Assembly: GCA_050084985.1 (NCBI GenBank)
Contig: JBITNC010000001.1
Coordinates: 99,820,001-99,884,000, forward strand
Direction: 5' to 3'
Source of the DNA: Nageia nagi
Taxonomy: Eukaryota; Plantae; Pinophyta
Length of the DNA stretch: 64,000 nucleotides
Numbering within the stretch: position 1 is the stretch's first letter; the number at the start of each line of letters is the position of its first letter. The notes beneath the pieces were generated by a model. The model was not told the DNA's origin, ran no database searches, and worked only from the letters and a program-made list of their open reading frames with translations. A program made the position numbers and the translations under genes. Of this stretch, positions 63,113 through 64,000 are shown one piece after another.

Positions 63113-64000
63113 TCACGTTCCGGCTTTGTCATCCGCTACGCCAGGCGGAGGAATACCTCCACTCCTCAACAGATACTCTTGGTATTGAAAAATAGGGCAG
63201 GTTGTTTGTTCATGAGCATCATTACAAGCCAAACACAACCCATTAGCCGCCCCGGAAGTGGAAGCTTGGTCCACGTCCTCATTCAACACATGTTGAGCTT
63301 TCTCTACAGCAGGGTAGGGATATCTTCTGGCATTATTTTGTCTGGTCAACACGGTAATCTGGTTTGCCATATTTCTACACAAATTCTGGAGTTCCTGAAT
63401 TTCTGTAGATGATGCTACTCCTTGGTTCATATTAGGCTGATGTGGAGCTGGTAAGGCCAAGGGAGCTCTAGGAATTGGCAAATTTGACGACCAGGGTTGA
63501 ACAGGGACAGGAATATTAGCCAGAGGTGGGACTGAACTGATTACCGGAGGTCTCAAAATTTGCTGTTGTGTTGTGGTTATTGGGAAATAGGGCATTGGCA
63601 TACGGCTTGGTAATTTCCCAACTGCAATAAGGCATGATTCAGCATATACTGCTTGTCTATAGACCTCCGGGAAAGTATTCACTCCGGAATTTTGGATTTG
63701 CAGAGAGAGATCCGGAGGAAAGGCTCTCAGATAATACATCAAAGCTTGAAACTGCTGAGGCCTGACTGGCATGGGTACTCTCGTCCATGTTTTCTGGAAT
63801 CTAATGTTAAAATCCGGGATGTTCTCTTGTTCAAACCTTTTGATTGACGTGAACTGAGTGAGCAGAGAAAAGGGATCCCCTAGTTCATTAAACTCCAGGA
63901 TAAAGGGCTCTGCCAGTTGAGCCCAGGTACTGATGGATCCATTAGAAAGGCCCCTGTACCAATCCAGGACCTTTCCTTTGAAAGACTGAGCCAGTAATCT
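63113..64000 (-). CDS. gag: gag (5'-partial, open to the window edge)
   Basis: Frame is open from 64000: RLLAQSFKGKVLDWYRGLSNGSISTWAQLAEPFILEF...ENIPDFNIRFQKTW, with Cys/His knuckle CLACNDAHEQTTC. Confidence 0.88.
   Translation of the reverse strand, partial: RLLAQSFKGKVLDWYRGLSNGSISTWAQLAEPFILEFNELGDPFSLLTQFTSIKRFEQENIPDFNIRFQKTWTRVPMPVRPQQFQALMYYLRAFPPDLSLQIQNSGVNTFPEVYRQAVYAESCLIAVGKLPSRMPMPYFPITTTQQQILRPPVISSVPPLANIPVPVQPWSSNLPIPRAPLALPAPHQPNMNQGVASSTEIQELQNLCRNMANQITVLTRQNNARRYPYPAVEKAQHVLNEDVDQASTSGAANGLCLACNDAHEQTTCPIFQYQEYLLRSGGIPPPGVADDKAGT

Larger units (their letters stand above)
57488..64000 (-). mobile_element. Element C: young, CpG-rich LTR retroelement with gag plus a large accessory ORF and no pol between them (extends past the window end)
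   Basis: Abrupt shift to GC/CpG-rich DNA at ~57488 (TG start; alternative 57532). Both ORFs are open. Minus-strand TATA CAGTATAAATA at ~58060-58068. LTR inner boundary unresolved. Confidence 0.8.

Overview
Eukaryotic plant nuclear DNA, most likely a gymnosperm (inferred from giant TE-filled introns and the TE and PPR types). The only host gene is chloroplast ALB3 (YidC/Oxa1 family) on the minus strand. Exon 1 is 41252-40893 and exon 2 is 27122-27012. Intron 1 is 13.8 kb, and intron 2 apparently runs >27 kb off the window start. The rest is nested transposons: Ty3/gypsy (a chromovirus and Tat/Ogre-like elements), a deleted Ty1/copia, five ordinary TSD-verified solo LTRs, a LINE remnant, a tRNA-derived SINE, hAT-type elements, and a CACTA containing a nested non-autonomous CACTA that carries a PPR gene fragment. 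The most striking signal is a family of ~1,160-codon non-gag/pol proteins present three times. One copy lies inside a 6,651-bp TGTTG...CAACA unit with a 5-bp TSD and no terminal direct repeats (8737-15387), which looks like a giant solo LTR carrying its own gene. That unit inserted into the homologous ORF of a second element with the same architecture (7716-20795). A third, intact copy (62576-59094) follows an open gag with no pol between them. Each element has its own array of palindromic, CpG-retaining motifs. All calls come from manual reading; no database searches were run.
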